Origin: an uncultured Solirubrobacterales bacterium
GTDB taxonomy: Bacteria > Actinomycetota > Thermoleophilia > Solirubrobacterales > 70-9
DNA: 64,000 nt
Direction of reading: 5' to 3'
NCBI GenBank assembly: GCA_963774405.1
Contig: CAVZEV010000003.1
Coordinates: 6,386-70,385 of the forward strand
How positions within the stretch are numbered: position 1 is the first letter of the stretch; each line of letters starts with the position of its first letter. The notes below the pieces were generated by a model. It was not told the origin of the DNA. It made no database searches and saw nothing but the letters and a program-made list of their open reading frames with translations. Position numbers and translations under genes: made by a program. Below are positions 23,454-33,432 of the stretch, in pieces.

Positions 23454-24779
23454 CTATCGGAGCGCTCTGCGCATCAGCTTGCCCGAGGGCGTGCGCGGCA
23501 GCGCCGCCGCCAGCTCGACCCGCTTCGGCACCTTGAAGCCCGCCAGCGACTCGGCGCAGTGGCGGCGCAGCTCGTCGGGGCTGACCTCGGAACCGTCGCG
23601 CAGGACCACGATTGCGGTGACGGCCTGCTGCCACTCCGGGTCCTCGCGGCCGACCACGGCGGCGTCCGCCACCTCGGGGTGGCGCAGCAGCACCTTCTCG
23701 ACTTCGGCCGGCACGACGTTCTCGCCGCCGCTGACGATCAGGTCGTCCATCCGGTCCTCGACGTAGAGGAAGCCCTCCTCGTCGATGCGGCCGAGGTCGC
23801 CGGTGTGCAGCCAGCCGTCGGCGTCGGCCCGGCCCGGCGCTACGGTCGGGCCCTGGACGAGGATCTCACCGTCCTGGATGCGCAGGTGGGCGCTCAACAG
23901 GGGACGCCCGGCGGAGCCGAGCTTGCGGCGGGCGTCAGCCGGGGCCAGCGTCGTCACCTGCGAGCAGGTCTCGGTGAGGCCGTAGGTCTGCACGACCGTG
24001 GCGCCGCGCCCGAGGGCCTCCTCGAGCGCCTCCTCGGGCACCGGGCCGCCGCCGATCAAGAGCGCCCGCGGGCCGGAGAGATCGGCGCCGGCCCCGAGCA
24101 GGCGAGCGAGCTGCGTCGCCACCAGCGAGACGACGCTGATCCGGTCGCGCTCGAGCGACGCTGCGACGCGGTCGACGTCGAAGCCGTCGTGGAGCACCGC
24201 GGTGGTGCCGTAGATAACCGAACGCATGACGATGCCGAGACCGGCGATGTGGCTGAGTGGCAGGCAGCAGAGCCAGCGGTCCTCGGGCTCGACGCCGATG
24301 TTGAAGGCGGAGGCGACGGCGCTCCAGAGGAAGTTGCCGTAGGTGAGGCCGATCGGCTCGGGCGTGCCGGTGCTGCCACTGGTCATCACGTGGCAGGCGA
24401 CGGCGTCCATGTCGTGCTCGCCGAGCAGCGGCAGGTCGGCCTCGGTCTGGGTCAGCTCGCCGGCGTCGTCGAGATCGACGGCAGGTTTCTCGTTGGCGAT
24501 CACCGCGGCGCGCTCCTCGGGCGAGAGGCGCGGGCCTAGCGGCAAGAGGATCGCCCCGACCTTCAACAGCGCGTGGACCATCACCACCTGCTCGCGGCGG
24601 GGGTGCATCGTCATCGCCACGGTCGAGCCCCGGCGCACCCCGTGGGCGATAAGCCGGCGCGCCACCCAGGTCGCCTCGGCCTCGAGCTCGGCGTAGGTGA
24701 CCTCGGAGCCGTCCGCGATCAGGGCGGTGCGCTCGGGGCAGCTCTGCGATCTCTGGGCCAGCCAGTCGTCGAGTTTCAT
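23454..24779 (-). CDS. menE: o-succinylbenzoate-CoA ligase (AMP-binding family)
   Basis: [11 protein letters not shown]...[20 protein letters not shown]...QTYGLTET...GWLHTGDLG...PRTPSGKL, combined with the men gene context. I chose the ATG at 24779. Confidence 0.82.
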   Translation of the reverse strand: MKLDDWLAQRSQSCPERTALIADGSEVTYAELEAEATWVARRLIAHGVRRGSTVAMTMHPRREQVVMVHALLKVGAILLPLGPRLSPEERAAVIANEKPAVDLDDAGELTQTEADLPLLGEHDMDAVACHVMTSGSTGTPEPIGLTYGNFLWSAVASAFNIGVEPEDRWLCCLPLSHIAGLGIVMRSVIYGTTAVLHDGFDVDRVAASLERDRISVVSLVATQLARLLGAGADLSGPRALLIGGGPVPEEALEEALGRGATVVQTYGLTETCSQVTTLAPADARRKLGSAGRPLLSAHLRIQDGEILVQGPTVAPGRADADGWLHTGDLGRIDEEGFLYVEDRMDDLIVSGGENVVPAEVEKVLLRHPEVADAAVVGREDPEWQQAVTAIVVLRDGSEVSPDELRRHCAESLAGFKVPKRVELAAALPRTPSGKLMRRALR

Positions 24780-24808
24780 TAGTGCCCCTTCTCGCAACGT
24801 CTGACCGC

Positions 24809-24922
24809 AAATGACGGCCCCAGATCGCCGCCATACTGCGTCCTCAGTCGTCCGAATAGATGAACTATTCGGACTCCCTGCGTCCTTGCCTGGCGTCGCC
24901 TGGACCTCGTCATTCCCAGGCC
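24809..24922 (+). ncRNA. candidate structured cis-regulatory RNA in the menB leader (men-leader motif, copy 1)
   Basis: AAATGACGGCCCCAGA...GTCCGAATAG-atgaa-CTATTCGGAC...GGACCTCGTCATT. It is about 80% identical to the reverse complement of 31048..31160, and two helices are supported by compensatory changes. Confidence 0.5.
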
Positions 24923-24961
24923 AACGTTACGAGAAAGGGCACCCGGGATATCGTGCCCATC

Positions 24962-25830
24962 ATGCCCAAACGCCACAAGGAAGCGCCAACGGACGAGACT
25001 CTCTACGCCGCGATCGAGTGGAGGAGCGAAGGTGAGTACGAGGACATCGACTACGAGGTCGGCGACGGGATCGCCAAGATCTCGATCGACCGGCCCGACT
25101 GGCCCTCAACGCCTTTCGGCCGCAGACCCTGATCGAGATCTCGGCGGCGATGGAGCTGGCGCGGGAGGACCCCGGCGTCGGCGTGATCGTCCTCACCGGC
25201 AAGGGGACGAAGGCGTTTTGCGCCGGCGGCGACCAGCAGGTCCGCGGCGACACCGGCTACGTCGAGGAGGGCGCCTCGCTCGGCCGCTTCCACGTCACCG
25301 ACCTCCAGGTGCAGATGCGCCGGCTGCCCAAGCCGGTGGTGGCGATGGTTGCCGGCTACGCGATCGGCGGCGGCCACATCCTGCACGTCTGCTGCGACAT
25401 GACGATCGCCGCCGACAACGCCTGGTTCGGCCAGACCGGCCCGCGGGTCGGCTCCTGGGACGGCGGCTTCGGCGCCTCGCTGCTGCGCGACCTGGTCGGC
25501 ACCAAGAAGGCGAAGGAGTTCTGGCTGCTCTGCCGCCAGTACGACGCCGAGGAGGCGCGCGAGATGGGCCTGGTCAACGAGGTTGTGCCGCTCGAGCGGC
25601 TCGAGGCGGAGACGGTCGCCCGTTGCCGCGAGATGCTCGCCCTCTCCCCCTTCGCCCTGCGCTTGGTCAAGGCCGGCTTCAACGCGCACGAGGACGGCTA
25701 CGCCGGCATTCAGCAGCTCGCCCACGACGCCAACCTGCTCTTCTACGGCAACGAGGAGGCGGCCGAGGGCCGCGAGGCCTTCAAGCAGAAGCGGGCGCCC
25801 GACTTCTCGCAGTTCCCGAGGCGAGCATGA
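24962..25830 (+). pseudogene. menB: 1,4-dihydroxy-2-naphthoyl-CoA synthase, single apparent 1-nt deletion near 25100
   Basis: ORF 24860..25132 ends ...[21 protein letters not shown]. In the next frame [35 protein letters not shown]...AFCAGGDQ continues into ORF 25150..25830. Confidence 0.88.
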
Positions 25831-26708
25831 GGATCTGGCTGATGGCGGCGCGTCCGCGGACGCTGCCGGCGGCGATCGCGCCGGTCCTGGTCGGCACCGC
25901 GGCCGCGGTCGAAGCGGCCGGACATCTACCGCGGCTCGGCGCATTCCTCGCCGCCCTGGTCGGCTCGATCTTCATCCAGATTGGGACGAACCTCGCCAAC
26001 GACTACTCCGACGCGAGGCGCGGGGCCGACACCGCGGACAGACTCGGGCCCGTGCGGGTCACCTCGGCCGGACTGGTGACGCCGCGGCGCGTGCTCAACG
26101 CGACCTGGATCGCCTTCGGGGTCGCGGTCGCCTGCGGCGTCTACCTGGCCGCGGTCGCGGGCATCGTGATCATCCTGATCGGCGCCCTCTCGATCGCCGC
26201 CGGCGTGCTCTACACCGGCGGGCCGCGCCCCTACGGCTACGCGGGGCTGGGCGAGGTATTCGTCTTCCTCTTCTTCGGCTTGGTCGCCGTCAACGGCTCC
26301 TACTACGTGCAGCTCGAGCGGCTCGAAGCGCTGCCGCTGGGGCTCTCAATCGCGATCGGCTTCATCGCCACCGCGATCCTCGTCGTCAACAACGTGCGCG
26401 ACCTGGAGACCGACCGCCGGGCGGGCAAGATGACCCTGGCGGTGCGGATGGGTCGCCACAACGCCGTCGTCCTCTACCGCGTGCTGGTGCTCGGCGCCTT
26501 CGTCGTCTTGCCGCTGGCGCTGCTCGCGGGCGGCGGAAGCGCCTGGCCGCTGATCGGCCTGCTGGCGCTGCCGATGGCGTTCAAACCGATGCGGGCGATG
26601 ACCAACCACACCGACGGCCCGGCCCTCAACGGCGCCCTGGCCGGCACGGGCGCCCTCCTCGGCGCCTTCAGCCTCCTGGTCTCCATTGGCCTCCTGCTGG
26701 GCAGCTGA
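25827..26708 (+). CDS. menA: 1,4-dihydroxy-2-naphthoate polyprenyltransferase (UbiA family)
   Basis: [23 protein letters not shown]...[14 protein letters not shown]...[19 protein letters not shown]. An ATGA overlap joins it to the menB stop. Confidence 0.9.
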   Translation: MRIWLMAARPRTLPAAIAPVLVGTAAAVEAAGHLPRLGAFLAALVGSIFIQIGTNLANDYSDARRGADTADRLGPVRVTSAGLVTPRRVLNATWIAFGVAVACGVYLAAVAGIVIILIGALSIAAGVLYTGGPRPYGYAGLGEVFVFLFFGLVAVNGSYYVQLERLEALPLGLSIAIGFIATAILVVNNVRDLETDRRAGKMTLAVRMGRHNAVVLYRVLVLGAFVVLPLALLAGGGSAWPLIGLLALPMAFKPMRAMTNHTDGPALNGALAGTGALLGAFSLLVSIGLLLGS

Positions 26709-27762
26709 TGCGCCTCGCCTCGGTCGAGGTCATCCCCTACGCACTGCCCTTCAGAGACCCATACGTCACGGCTCGCGGGCGGCTGGAGCAGCGCGAGATG
26801 GTGTTGTTGCGGCTGGGATCGGACGATGGCCTGGTCGGCCTCGGCGAAGCGGTACCGCTATCGCTGCGGGGTGGCGCGCCGCTGGCCCAGGTCGTCGCCG
26901 AGCTAAAGGGGCTGGCAGGGCGCGATGAGGTGGACGAGGAGGCCTTGAGCAGCGGCGCCTCCGCGCTCTCGCCACCGGCGCGCAGCGCTGCACTGACCGC
27001 GCTGCTGGACCTGCGCGGACGCAGAGCGGCCGCCGAAGCGGCGCCTGCCGAGGCGAAGTCGGAGCCGATCGAGTGCAATGCGACACTGGTCGCCGGCGAG
27101 CCCGCCGCGGTGGCGGCAGATGCCGAACAGTGGGCAAGCGAGGGCTTCTCGATCTTCAAGCTGAAGCTCGGGGTCGGCGACGATGTCGGCCAGGTACGCG
27201 CCGTGCGCGAGGCGCTGGGACCGAGGCGCGGATCCGGGTCGATGCGAACGCCGCCTGGGACGTCGGGACCGCGCGGCGCATGCTGGCAGAGATCGAGGCG
27301 TTTGACGTGGAGCTCGCCGAGCAGCCAGTCGCAACGCTGGAGGAAGCGGCGCAGGTGTCGGCCTCGACCTCGATCCCGCTTGCCGGTGACGAGAGCATCG
27401 AAAGTCGCAGCGACGCCGTACGCGCGGTGAGGCTCGGTGCCTGCAAGCTGGCCGGGCTGAAGTTGTCCAAGGTCGGCGGACCGGAGGAAGCGATCACGAT
27501 CGCGGAGGTGCTGCCCTCCTTCGTCTCCAGCGCGCTCGACGGGCCGGTCGGGATCGCCGCCGCTGCCCAGGTCGCCCAGACGTTGGACCAGGCGGCGCTG
27601 GGTATTCCGCACTTCGCCCATGGTCTCGCGACCCAGCGACTCTTCTCCTCGACGATCGCCTCAGTCGAGTGCGAGCTGCGGGGCGGCATGCTCCATCCAC
27701 CCGAGGGCCCCGGCCTCGGGGTCGAAATCGACGAGGCAGCACTGGAGGCGCACCGCCTCTAG
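26708..27762 (+). pseudogene. menC: o-succinylbenzoate synthase (enolase superfamily), single apparent 1-nt deletion near 27223
   Basis: The N-terminal part is [24 protein letters not shown]...FKLKLGVGDDVGQVRAVREALGP. The frame then changes to ...ARIRVDANAAWDVGTARRMLAEIEAFDVELAEQP... (ORF 27073..27762). Confidence 0.82.
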
Positions 27763-27772
27763 CCGAACGCCT

Positions 27773-27809
27773 GGCGACTTACCCCCCCTCTAAGGGAGGG
27801 AAAGTCGCC
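27773..27809. other. intercistronic hairpin between menC and menD
   Basis: GGCGACTT-ACCCCCCC-tctaa-GGGAGGGA-AAGTCGCC, about 15 bp with one mismatch. Confidence 0.6.
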
Positions 27810-27822
27810 ATAGGCTTCATTC

Positions 27823-29571
27823 ATGGACACGACCAACGCCAACACAGCCCTCGCCTCGGCCTTCGCCGAGGAGCTTGCGCGCGGCGGTCTGCGGCACGCG
27901 GTGGTCTCCCCCGGCTCGCGCTCGACCCCGCTGGCGGTGGCGCTCTGGCGCCAGCCGGAGATCGAGCTGAACGTGATCGTCGACGAGCGCTCAGCGGCGT
28001 TCTTCGCCCTCGGCGCCGCGCAGGCGACGCGGACGCCGGTTGCCCTGCTCTGCACGTCGGGGACCGCGGCGGCCAATTACCACCCGGCGATCTGCGAGGC
28101 CGACGAATCGGCCGTGCCGCTGGTGGTGCTGACCGCTGACCGCCCGCCCGAGCTGCGTGGCATCGGCGCCGGGCAGACGATCGACCAGGTAAAGCTCTAC
28201 GGCGAATCGGTGCGCTGGTTCTGCGAAGTCGGCACCCACGAGGCCGACGACGACGGGCTGCTGCACTACCGCTCGGTCGCCTGCCGGGCGCTTGCGGCGG
28301 CGCACGGCGAGACCCGTCCCGGCCCCGTTCACCTCAACCTGCCCTGGCGTGAGCCGCTGGCGCCGCTGCCGGTCGAGGGTGCCGTGACCGCGACCGACCC
28401 GCTCGCCCTTGAGGGCCGCGAGGGCCGACCCCTGACGGCCGTGACCTCGATCGACCGCGAGCCCTCGGCCTTCCTGCTCGACGAGATGGCCGGCCACATC
28501 GGCGACGCGCTCGCCGGGGTGATCATCGCCGGCCGCCAACTCGACCCGGAGCTGCGCGAGCCGCTCGCCCACCTAGCCCGGGCCTCGGGCTTCCCGATCC
28601 TCGCCGAGCCCACCTCGCAGCTACGCTGCGGCCCCCACGACCGCTCCTACGTCGTCGCGACCTACGATCTGCTGCTGCGCGACGAGCACTTCGCCCGCTC
28701 GGTCGTGCCCGACCTGGTGCTGCGCTTCGGCGAGATGCCGACCAGCAAGCCGCTGCGCGCCTGGCTGTCGGCGAGCGGAGCCGACCAGATCGCGATCGAC
28801 CCCTACGGCGGCTGGAACGAGCCGACCAATCGCGCCGCGGCGATCCTGCGCGCCGACCCGACCGAGCTTGCGGCAGGCTGGGCGACGCGCCTGGAGAAGG
28901 AAGAGCGCCCGGCGCCAAAGCGCTGGCTCGACGCCGAGCGCGCCGCCCGCGCGGCGCTCGACTCGGCGCTCGGCGGCGAGGAGATCAGCGAGCCCGCCCT
29001 TCACCATGCCCTAGGTCACGCCCACCGCGACGGCGACCTCGTCTACACCGCCTCGAGCATGCCGATCCGCGACCAGGAGACCTTCCTGCCGCCGAGCGAG
29101 GCCGATGCCTTCTTCCTCTGCAACCGCGGCGCCAACGGCATCGACGGCCTGATCTCCTCCGGCATCGGCGCCGCCCACGCCAGCGGCCGCCCGACCACGA
29201 TCGTCACCGGCGACCTCGGGTTGCTGCACGATCTCGGTGGGCTCGCCGCCCTCCGCGACGTCTCAACGCCGGTCCGCATCGTCGTCATCGACAACGACGG
29301 TGGTGGGATCTTCGGCTTCCTGCCTCAGGCCGACGCGCTCGACGCCGACGAGTTCGAAGCCCTGCTCGGCACTCCTCGCGGCGTTGACGTCGCCAAGGCG
29401 GCGGCCCTATTCGACCTCCCCCACCGCCAGCTCAAATCCCTCGCCGATCTCCCCGACGCCCTAGCCGCCGACACCGGCCTGATTGAGGTCAAAACCAACC
29501 GCCGTACCAACGTAGACGCTCATCGCCGGCTAACTCAAAGCGTTCACGCCGCTCTGACCGACTTGGCGTGA
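27823..29571 (+). CDS. menD: SEPHCHC synthase (ThDP-dependent)
   Basis: 582 aa: ...LRHAVVSPGSRSTPLAVALW...LLCTSGTAAANYHPAICEADESAVPLVVLTADRPPELRGIGAGQTIDQ... Confidence 0.92.
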   Translation: MDTTNANTALASAFAEELARGGLRHAVVSPGSRSTPLAVALWRQPEIELNVIVDERSAAFFALGAAQATRTPVALLCTSGTAAANYHPAICEADESAVPLVVLTADRPPELRGIGAGQTIDQVKLYGESVRWFCEVGTHEADDDGLLHYRSVACRALAAAHGETRPGPVHLNLPWREPLAPLPVEGAVTATDPLALEGREGRPLTAVTSIDREPSAFLLDEMAGHIGDALAGVIIAGRQLDPELREPLAHLARASGFPILAEPTSQLRCGPHDRSYVVATYDLLLRDEHFARSVVPDLVLRFGEMPTSKPLRAWLSASGADQIAIDPYGGWNEPTNRAAAILRADPTELAAGWATRLEKEERPAPKRWLDAERAARAALDSALGGEEISEPALHHALGHAHRDGDLVYTASSMPIRDQETFLPPSEADAFFLCNRGANGIDGLISSGIGAAHASGRPTTIVTGDLGLLHDLGGLAALRDVSTPVRIVVIDNDGGGIFGFLPQADALDADEFEALLGTPRGVDVAKAAALFDLPHRQLKSLADLPDALAADTGLIEVKTNRRTNVDAHRRLTQSVHAALTDLA

Positions 29572-29574
29572 GCC

Positions 29575-29678
29575 AAGGGGTCCGGTGCCCCTCTCCATGA
29601 AGCTTGGCGACCACGCATCGAAGCACCGGGACGATCCAGCTGCGCGACGGCTTCAGGGAGAGGGGCACCGGACCCCTT
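29575..29678. repeat. 104-bp element with perfect 22-bp terminal inverted repeats (MITE/REP-like)
   Basis: AAGGGGTCCGGTGCCCCTCTCC-N60-GGAGAGGGGCACCGGACCCCTT. It fills the gap between the convergent menD and menF stops. Confidence 0.9.
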
Positions 29679-29689
29679 CCCTCACCGCT

Positions 29690-31084
29690 TTACTCGGCCA
29701 GCAGCGGCAGCAGCGCCCCCAGCTTGATCTCCGTCTCCGCCAACTCCGCCGCCGGGTCGGAGCCCGACACCACGCCGACGCCGGCGTAGAGGTGTGCCTC
29801 GCGGTCGCGCAGCAGGGCGCTGCGCAGGGCGACGCAGAACTCGCCGTCCTCGGTGGAGTCCATCCAGCCGACCGGGCCGGCGTACCAGCCGCGGTCCATC
29901 TGCTCGAGCTCGGGGATCGCGGCGAGCGCGGCGGCCCCGGGCTCGCCGCCAACGGCGGGCGTCGGGTGCAGCATGCCAGCCAGCTCGACCGCCGATCGCG
30001 GCTCCGCCAGCTGGGCGACGATCGGCGTCGCCAGGTGCTGGATGTTCGCCACCTTGACGATCTCGGGTTCCTCGCCGGTCTGGACCCAGACGGCGTGCCG
30101 GCGCAGCGAACCGGCGATCCGCTCGGCGACGATCGCGTGCTCGCGGCGGTCCTTGTCGCTGCGCAGCAACTGCTCGCCGAGGTGGTCGTCAACGGCCGGG
30201 TCGGAGCTGCGCCGGGTCGAGCCCGCCAGGGCGACGGTCGAGACGCTCGCGCCTGAGCGGCGCAGCAGCAGCTCGGGACTGGCGCCGATGAAGGCCACCT
30301 CTGGAGTGCCACAGCAGAAGCAGAAGCAAGATGGGAACTGCTCGCGCATCGCGCCGAAGACGGCGGCGGGGTCGTGGGCGGCGCCGGCCGAGACCAGCAC
30401 CTCGCGGGCGAGCACGATCTTCGACATCTCCCCCGCCATGATCCGCTCGGTCGCGGCGCCGATCATCCGCTCGAACTCGCCCGGCGGGCGCACGCTGGCG
30501 ATCTCGATCCGCGAGGTCGGATGGGGATCGAGCAGCGGCAGCGGATCGTCGCGCAGGCTGGAGATCCGGGTTTCGAGCGCGCCCGCCTTGGCATCCGGAT
30601 CGTCGCCGGGACGGACCGCCGTATTGACGGTCAGAAATGTGTCGCTGCCGCTGCGACAGATGGAGACCTCAGGCAGGACCAGCGAGGCGGGCGCGAGCGA
30701 TGACCAGGTAGAGGAGCCACCCCCTTCGGGATCGAACGCGAAACCACCAACCCATACGGCCCCGGCGCCCGGCGGAAGGCCCGATGGCTCGTCCACGACC
30801 CTTTCGCCACCAAGGCATTCGCGCGCTACATCCTTGAATCTGCCCGGCCCGCGCGAGGCCGCCTCGTGGGCAACCCCAAGCGCGGCGAGGGCAAACTCGC
30901 GATCGGGCTCCTCCCAACAGAACCACCGATCAGAGGCCAGCCTCGAGGCGAAAACCGCGGCGCAAGGATCAACGCCCTCGACCGGCACCGTGAGACTTAC
31001 AAAAGCTTTCCTACCCCGGGCGAGAGCGCGCTCGACCGTCGGTCGGAGGCTGGTAAATGACGAGGTCCGGAGGTTGTCAGGCAA
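29690..31084 (-). CDS. menF: isochorismate synthase (start uncertain)
   Basis: ...ALAGSTRR...REHAIV...LHPTPAVGGEP...RGWYAGPVGW.... The TTG at 31084 lies inside the conserved RNA-like element. The next canonical start is the GTG at 30988. Confidence 0.85.
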   Translation of the reverse strand: MPDNLRTSSFTSLRPTVERALARGRKAFVSLTVPVEGVDPCAAVFASRLASDRWFCWEEPDREFALAALGVAHEAASRGPGRFKDVARECLGGERVVDEPSGLPPGAGAVWVGGFAFDPEGGGSSTWSSLAPASLVLPEVSICRSGSDTFLTVNTAVRPGDDPDAKAGALETRISSLRDDPLPLLDPHPTSRIEIASVRPPGEFERMIGAATERIMAGEMSKIVLAREVLVSAGAAHDPAAVFGAMREQFPSCFCFCCGTPEVAFIGASPELLLRRSGASVSTVALAGSTRRSSDPAVDDHLGEQLLRSDKDRREHAIVAERIAGSLRRHAVWVQTGEEPEIVKVANIQHLATPIVAQLAEPRSAVELAGMLHPTPAVGGEPGAAALAAIPELEQMDRGWYAGPVGWMDSTEDGEFCVALRSALLRDREAHLYAGVGVVSGSDPAAELAETEIKLGALLPLLAE

Positions 31085-31160
31085 GGACGCAGGGAGCCCG
31101 AATAGCAGCGCTATTCGGGCGACTGAGGACGCCGCATGGCGACGTCCGGGGCCGTCATTT
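31048..31160 (-). ncRNA. candidate structured cis-regulatory RNA in the menF leader (men-leader motif, copy 2)
   Basis: The minus strand reads AAATGACGGCCCCGGA...GCCCGAATAG-cgctg-CTATTCGGGC...GGACCTCGTCATT. It begins 1 nt after the ilvN stop. Confidence 0.5.
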
Positions 31161-31706
31161 TCAGTCTCCGCCGCGGGCGATCGCGATCTCGCCCGTCCGG
31201 ACCATCTCTATGAGACCGTGGGGGCGGATCATCCGCTCGAAGGCCTCGATCTTGTCGGCGGAGCCGGTGACCTCGATCGTCATCGTGCGGCGGGCGACAT
31301 CGATGATCTTGGCGCGGAAGATCTCGGCGAACTGGATGATCTCGGCGCGGTTCTCGACCGCAGCGGAGACTTTGAACATCGCCATCTCGCGGGCGACCGT
31401 CTCGTCGGGCTCCATGTCGCGGATCTTCAGCACGTTGACCAGCTTGTGCAGCTGCTTGGTCACCTGATCGATCGGGTGCACGGCGCCGTCAAGGGTGAGG
31501 GTGATGCGCGAGATGCTCTCGTCGTCGGTGGGCCCGACGGCGAGCGTGTCGATGTTGAAGCCGCGGCGCGAGAAGAGGCCGGCGACGCGCGCCAGCACGC
31601 CCGGCTTGTTCTCGACCAGGATCGAGAGGATGTGTTTGCGGCCGCTGAGCTGCCCCGGAACGCGCAACTCCTCCAGCTTGACGATCTGCGGGGTGCCGGC
31701 CTCCAT
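31161..31706 (-). CDS. ilvN: acetolactate synthase small (regulatory) subunit
   Basis: ...HILSILVENKPGVLARVAGLFSRRGFNIDTLAVGPTDD... (ACT domain). The start overlaps the ilvB stop. Confidence 0.9.
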   Translation of the reverse strand: MEAGTPQIVKLEELRVPGQLSGRKHILSILVENKPGVLARVAGLFSRRGFNIDTLAVGPTDDESISRITLTLDGAVHPIDQVTKQLHKLVNVLKIRDMEPDETVAREMAMFKVSAAVENRAEIIQFAEIFRAKIIDVARRTMTIEVTGSADKIEAFERMIRPHGLIEMVRTGEIAIARGGD

Positions 31707-33385
31707 CAGCCCACCATGTCCCTGGCGGCGGCTCCGGCCGGGATCATCGGGAAGCAGTTCTCCTCGGGAGAGACGCGCACGTCGAGCAGCACCGGGCCCT
31801 CGGCTTCAAGCGCCTTGGCCATCGTGCCCTCGAGCTCGCCGGCGTCCTCACAGCGCAGCCCGGTCGCGCCGAAGGCCTCGGCCAGCTTGACCCAGTCGGG
31901 GCTCGGGCCCATCTCGACCGAGCTGTAGCGGCGGTCCCAGAAGAGCTCCTGCCACTGGCGGACCATGCCCATGTAGCCGTTGTTCATCAGGAAGACCTTG
32001 ACCGGGATCTCTTCGGCGACGCAGGTGGCGAACTCCTGGACGTTCATGATCAGGCTGCCGTCGCCAGCGAGGCAGACCACCGTGTCGTCCGGGCAGGCGA
32101 TCTTGGCGCCGACCGCCGCAGGCAGGCCGAAGCCCATCGTGCCCAGGCCGCCGGAGTTGATCCAGCGGCGCGGCCTGTCGAAGCCGTAGTACTGGGCCGC
32201 CCACATCTGGTGCTGGCCGACGTCGGAGGTGATGATCGCGTCGCCCCCGGTCGCCCGGTGCATCGCCTCGATCATGAACTGCGGCTTAATCTCGCCGTCC
32301 TTGCCCTCCTCGTAGCCGAGCGGATATTTGTCCTGCCAGGCCTTGATCTGATTCCACCAGGCATCGAGCCGCGAGGGATCGGTCTGCAGCGCCCGGTACT
32401 CGCGGGTCAGCTCGGGCAGGACCAGCTTGGCGTCGCCGACGATCGGGATGTGCGCCGGGACGTTCTTGGAGATCTCCGCCGGGTCGATGTCGATGTGGAT
32501 GAACTTGGCGTGGGGAGCGAACTCGGAGAGCTTGCCGGTGATGCGGTCGTCGAAGCGCGAGCCGATCGCGACGATCAGGTCGGCCTCGTCCATCGCGTAG
32601 TTGGCGGCGCGGGTGCCGTGCATGCCGAGCATGCCCAGCCACTGCTCGCCGGAGGCCGGATAGGCGCCGAGGCCCATCACGGTCGAGGTGACCGGGAAGC
32701 GGTCGGCGGCGGCGAGCTCGCGCAGCTCGTCGGAGGCGTTGGCGTTGATCACGCCACCCCCCGTGTAGAGGATCGGCTTGCGGGCGTTGGCAAGCGCCTT
32801 GGCGGCGATCCGAATCTGCTTGATGTTGCCGCCGTGGGGCGGCTTGTAGCCGGGCAGCTCGACCGGCTCGCTGCGCGGCGCGTAGTCGATCTCGGCGCGC
32901 GAGAGGTCCTGCGGGATGTCGAGCAGCACCGGGCCCGGGCGGCCGGTCGAGGCGACGTGGAAGGCCTCGTGCACGTACTCGGGGATCTGGCGCGGGTCGG
33001 TGACCGCGAAGGAGTGCTTGACGAAGGGCAGCGTGGCGCCGAGGATGTCGGCCTCCTGGAAGCCGTCGGTGCCGATCAGCTCGGTGCGCACCTGGCCGGT
33101 GATGAAGACGGTCGGGACCGAGTCGAGCATCGCGTCGGCGATCGCGGTGACCAGGTTGGTCGCGCCGGGGCCGGAGGTGGCGAAGGCGACGCCGACTTTG
33201 CCTGAGGCCTTGGCGTACCCCTCGGCCGCGTGGCCGCCGCCCTGCTCGTGGCGCACCTGGATGTGGCGGAACTCGGCATCGACCAGGGCGTCGTAGGTGG
33301 GCAGGTTGGCGCCGCCGGGGATGCCGAAGACGTGCTCCACGCCCTCGGCCTTGAGGCTCTGCATCAGTGCGTCCGCTGCTCTCAT
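31706..33385 (-). CDS. ilvB: acetolactate synthase large subunit
   Basis: 559 aa: MRAADALMQSLKAEGVEHVFGIPGGANLPTYDAL...GGLGTMGFGLPAAVGAK... Confidence 0.95.
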   Translation of the reverse strand: MRAADALMQSLKAEGVEHVFGIPGGANLPTYDALVDAEFRHIQVRHEQGGGHAAEGYAKASGKVGVAFATSGPGATNLVTAIADAMLDSVPTVFITGQVRTELIGTDGFQEADILGATLPFVKHSFAVTDPRQIPEYVHEAFHVASTGRPGPVLLDIPQDLSRAEIDYAPRSEPVELPGYKPPHGGNIKQIRIAAKALANARKPILYTGGGVINANASDELRELAAADRFPVTSTVMGLGAYPASGEQWLGMLGMHGTRAANYAMDEADLIVAIGSRFDDRITGKLSEFAPHAKFIHIDIDPAEISKNVPAHIPIVGDAKLVLPELTREYRALQTDPSRLDAWWNQIKAWQDKYPLGYEEGKDGEIKPQFMIEAMHRATGGDAIITSDVGQHQMWAAQYYGFDRPRRWINSGGLGTMGFGLPAAVGAKIACPDDTVVCLAGDGSLIMNVQEFATCVAEEIPVKVFLMNNGYMGMVRQWQELFWDRRYSSVEMGPSPDWVKLAEAFGATGLRCEDAGELEGTMAKALEAEGPVLLDVRVSPEENCFPMIPAGAAARDMVG

Positions 33386-33432
33386 CTGAAGGGCGATGCT
33401 ACCAGCGGCCCGCTGGCTGCAATGCAGGCGAT

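Noticed and set aside
24809-24922. Match of the men-leader element to known riboswitch classes (ZTP, guanidine/ykkC, TPP, cobalamin, c-di-AMP, fluoride, SAM types).
   Set aside because: I could not find any of their conserved core motifs by eye. This is only a visual check and needs an Rfam/Infernal scan.
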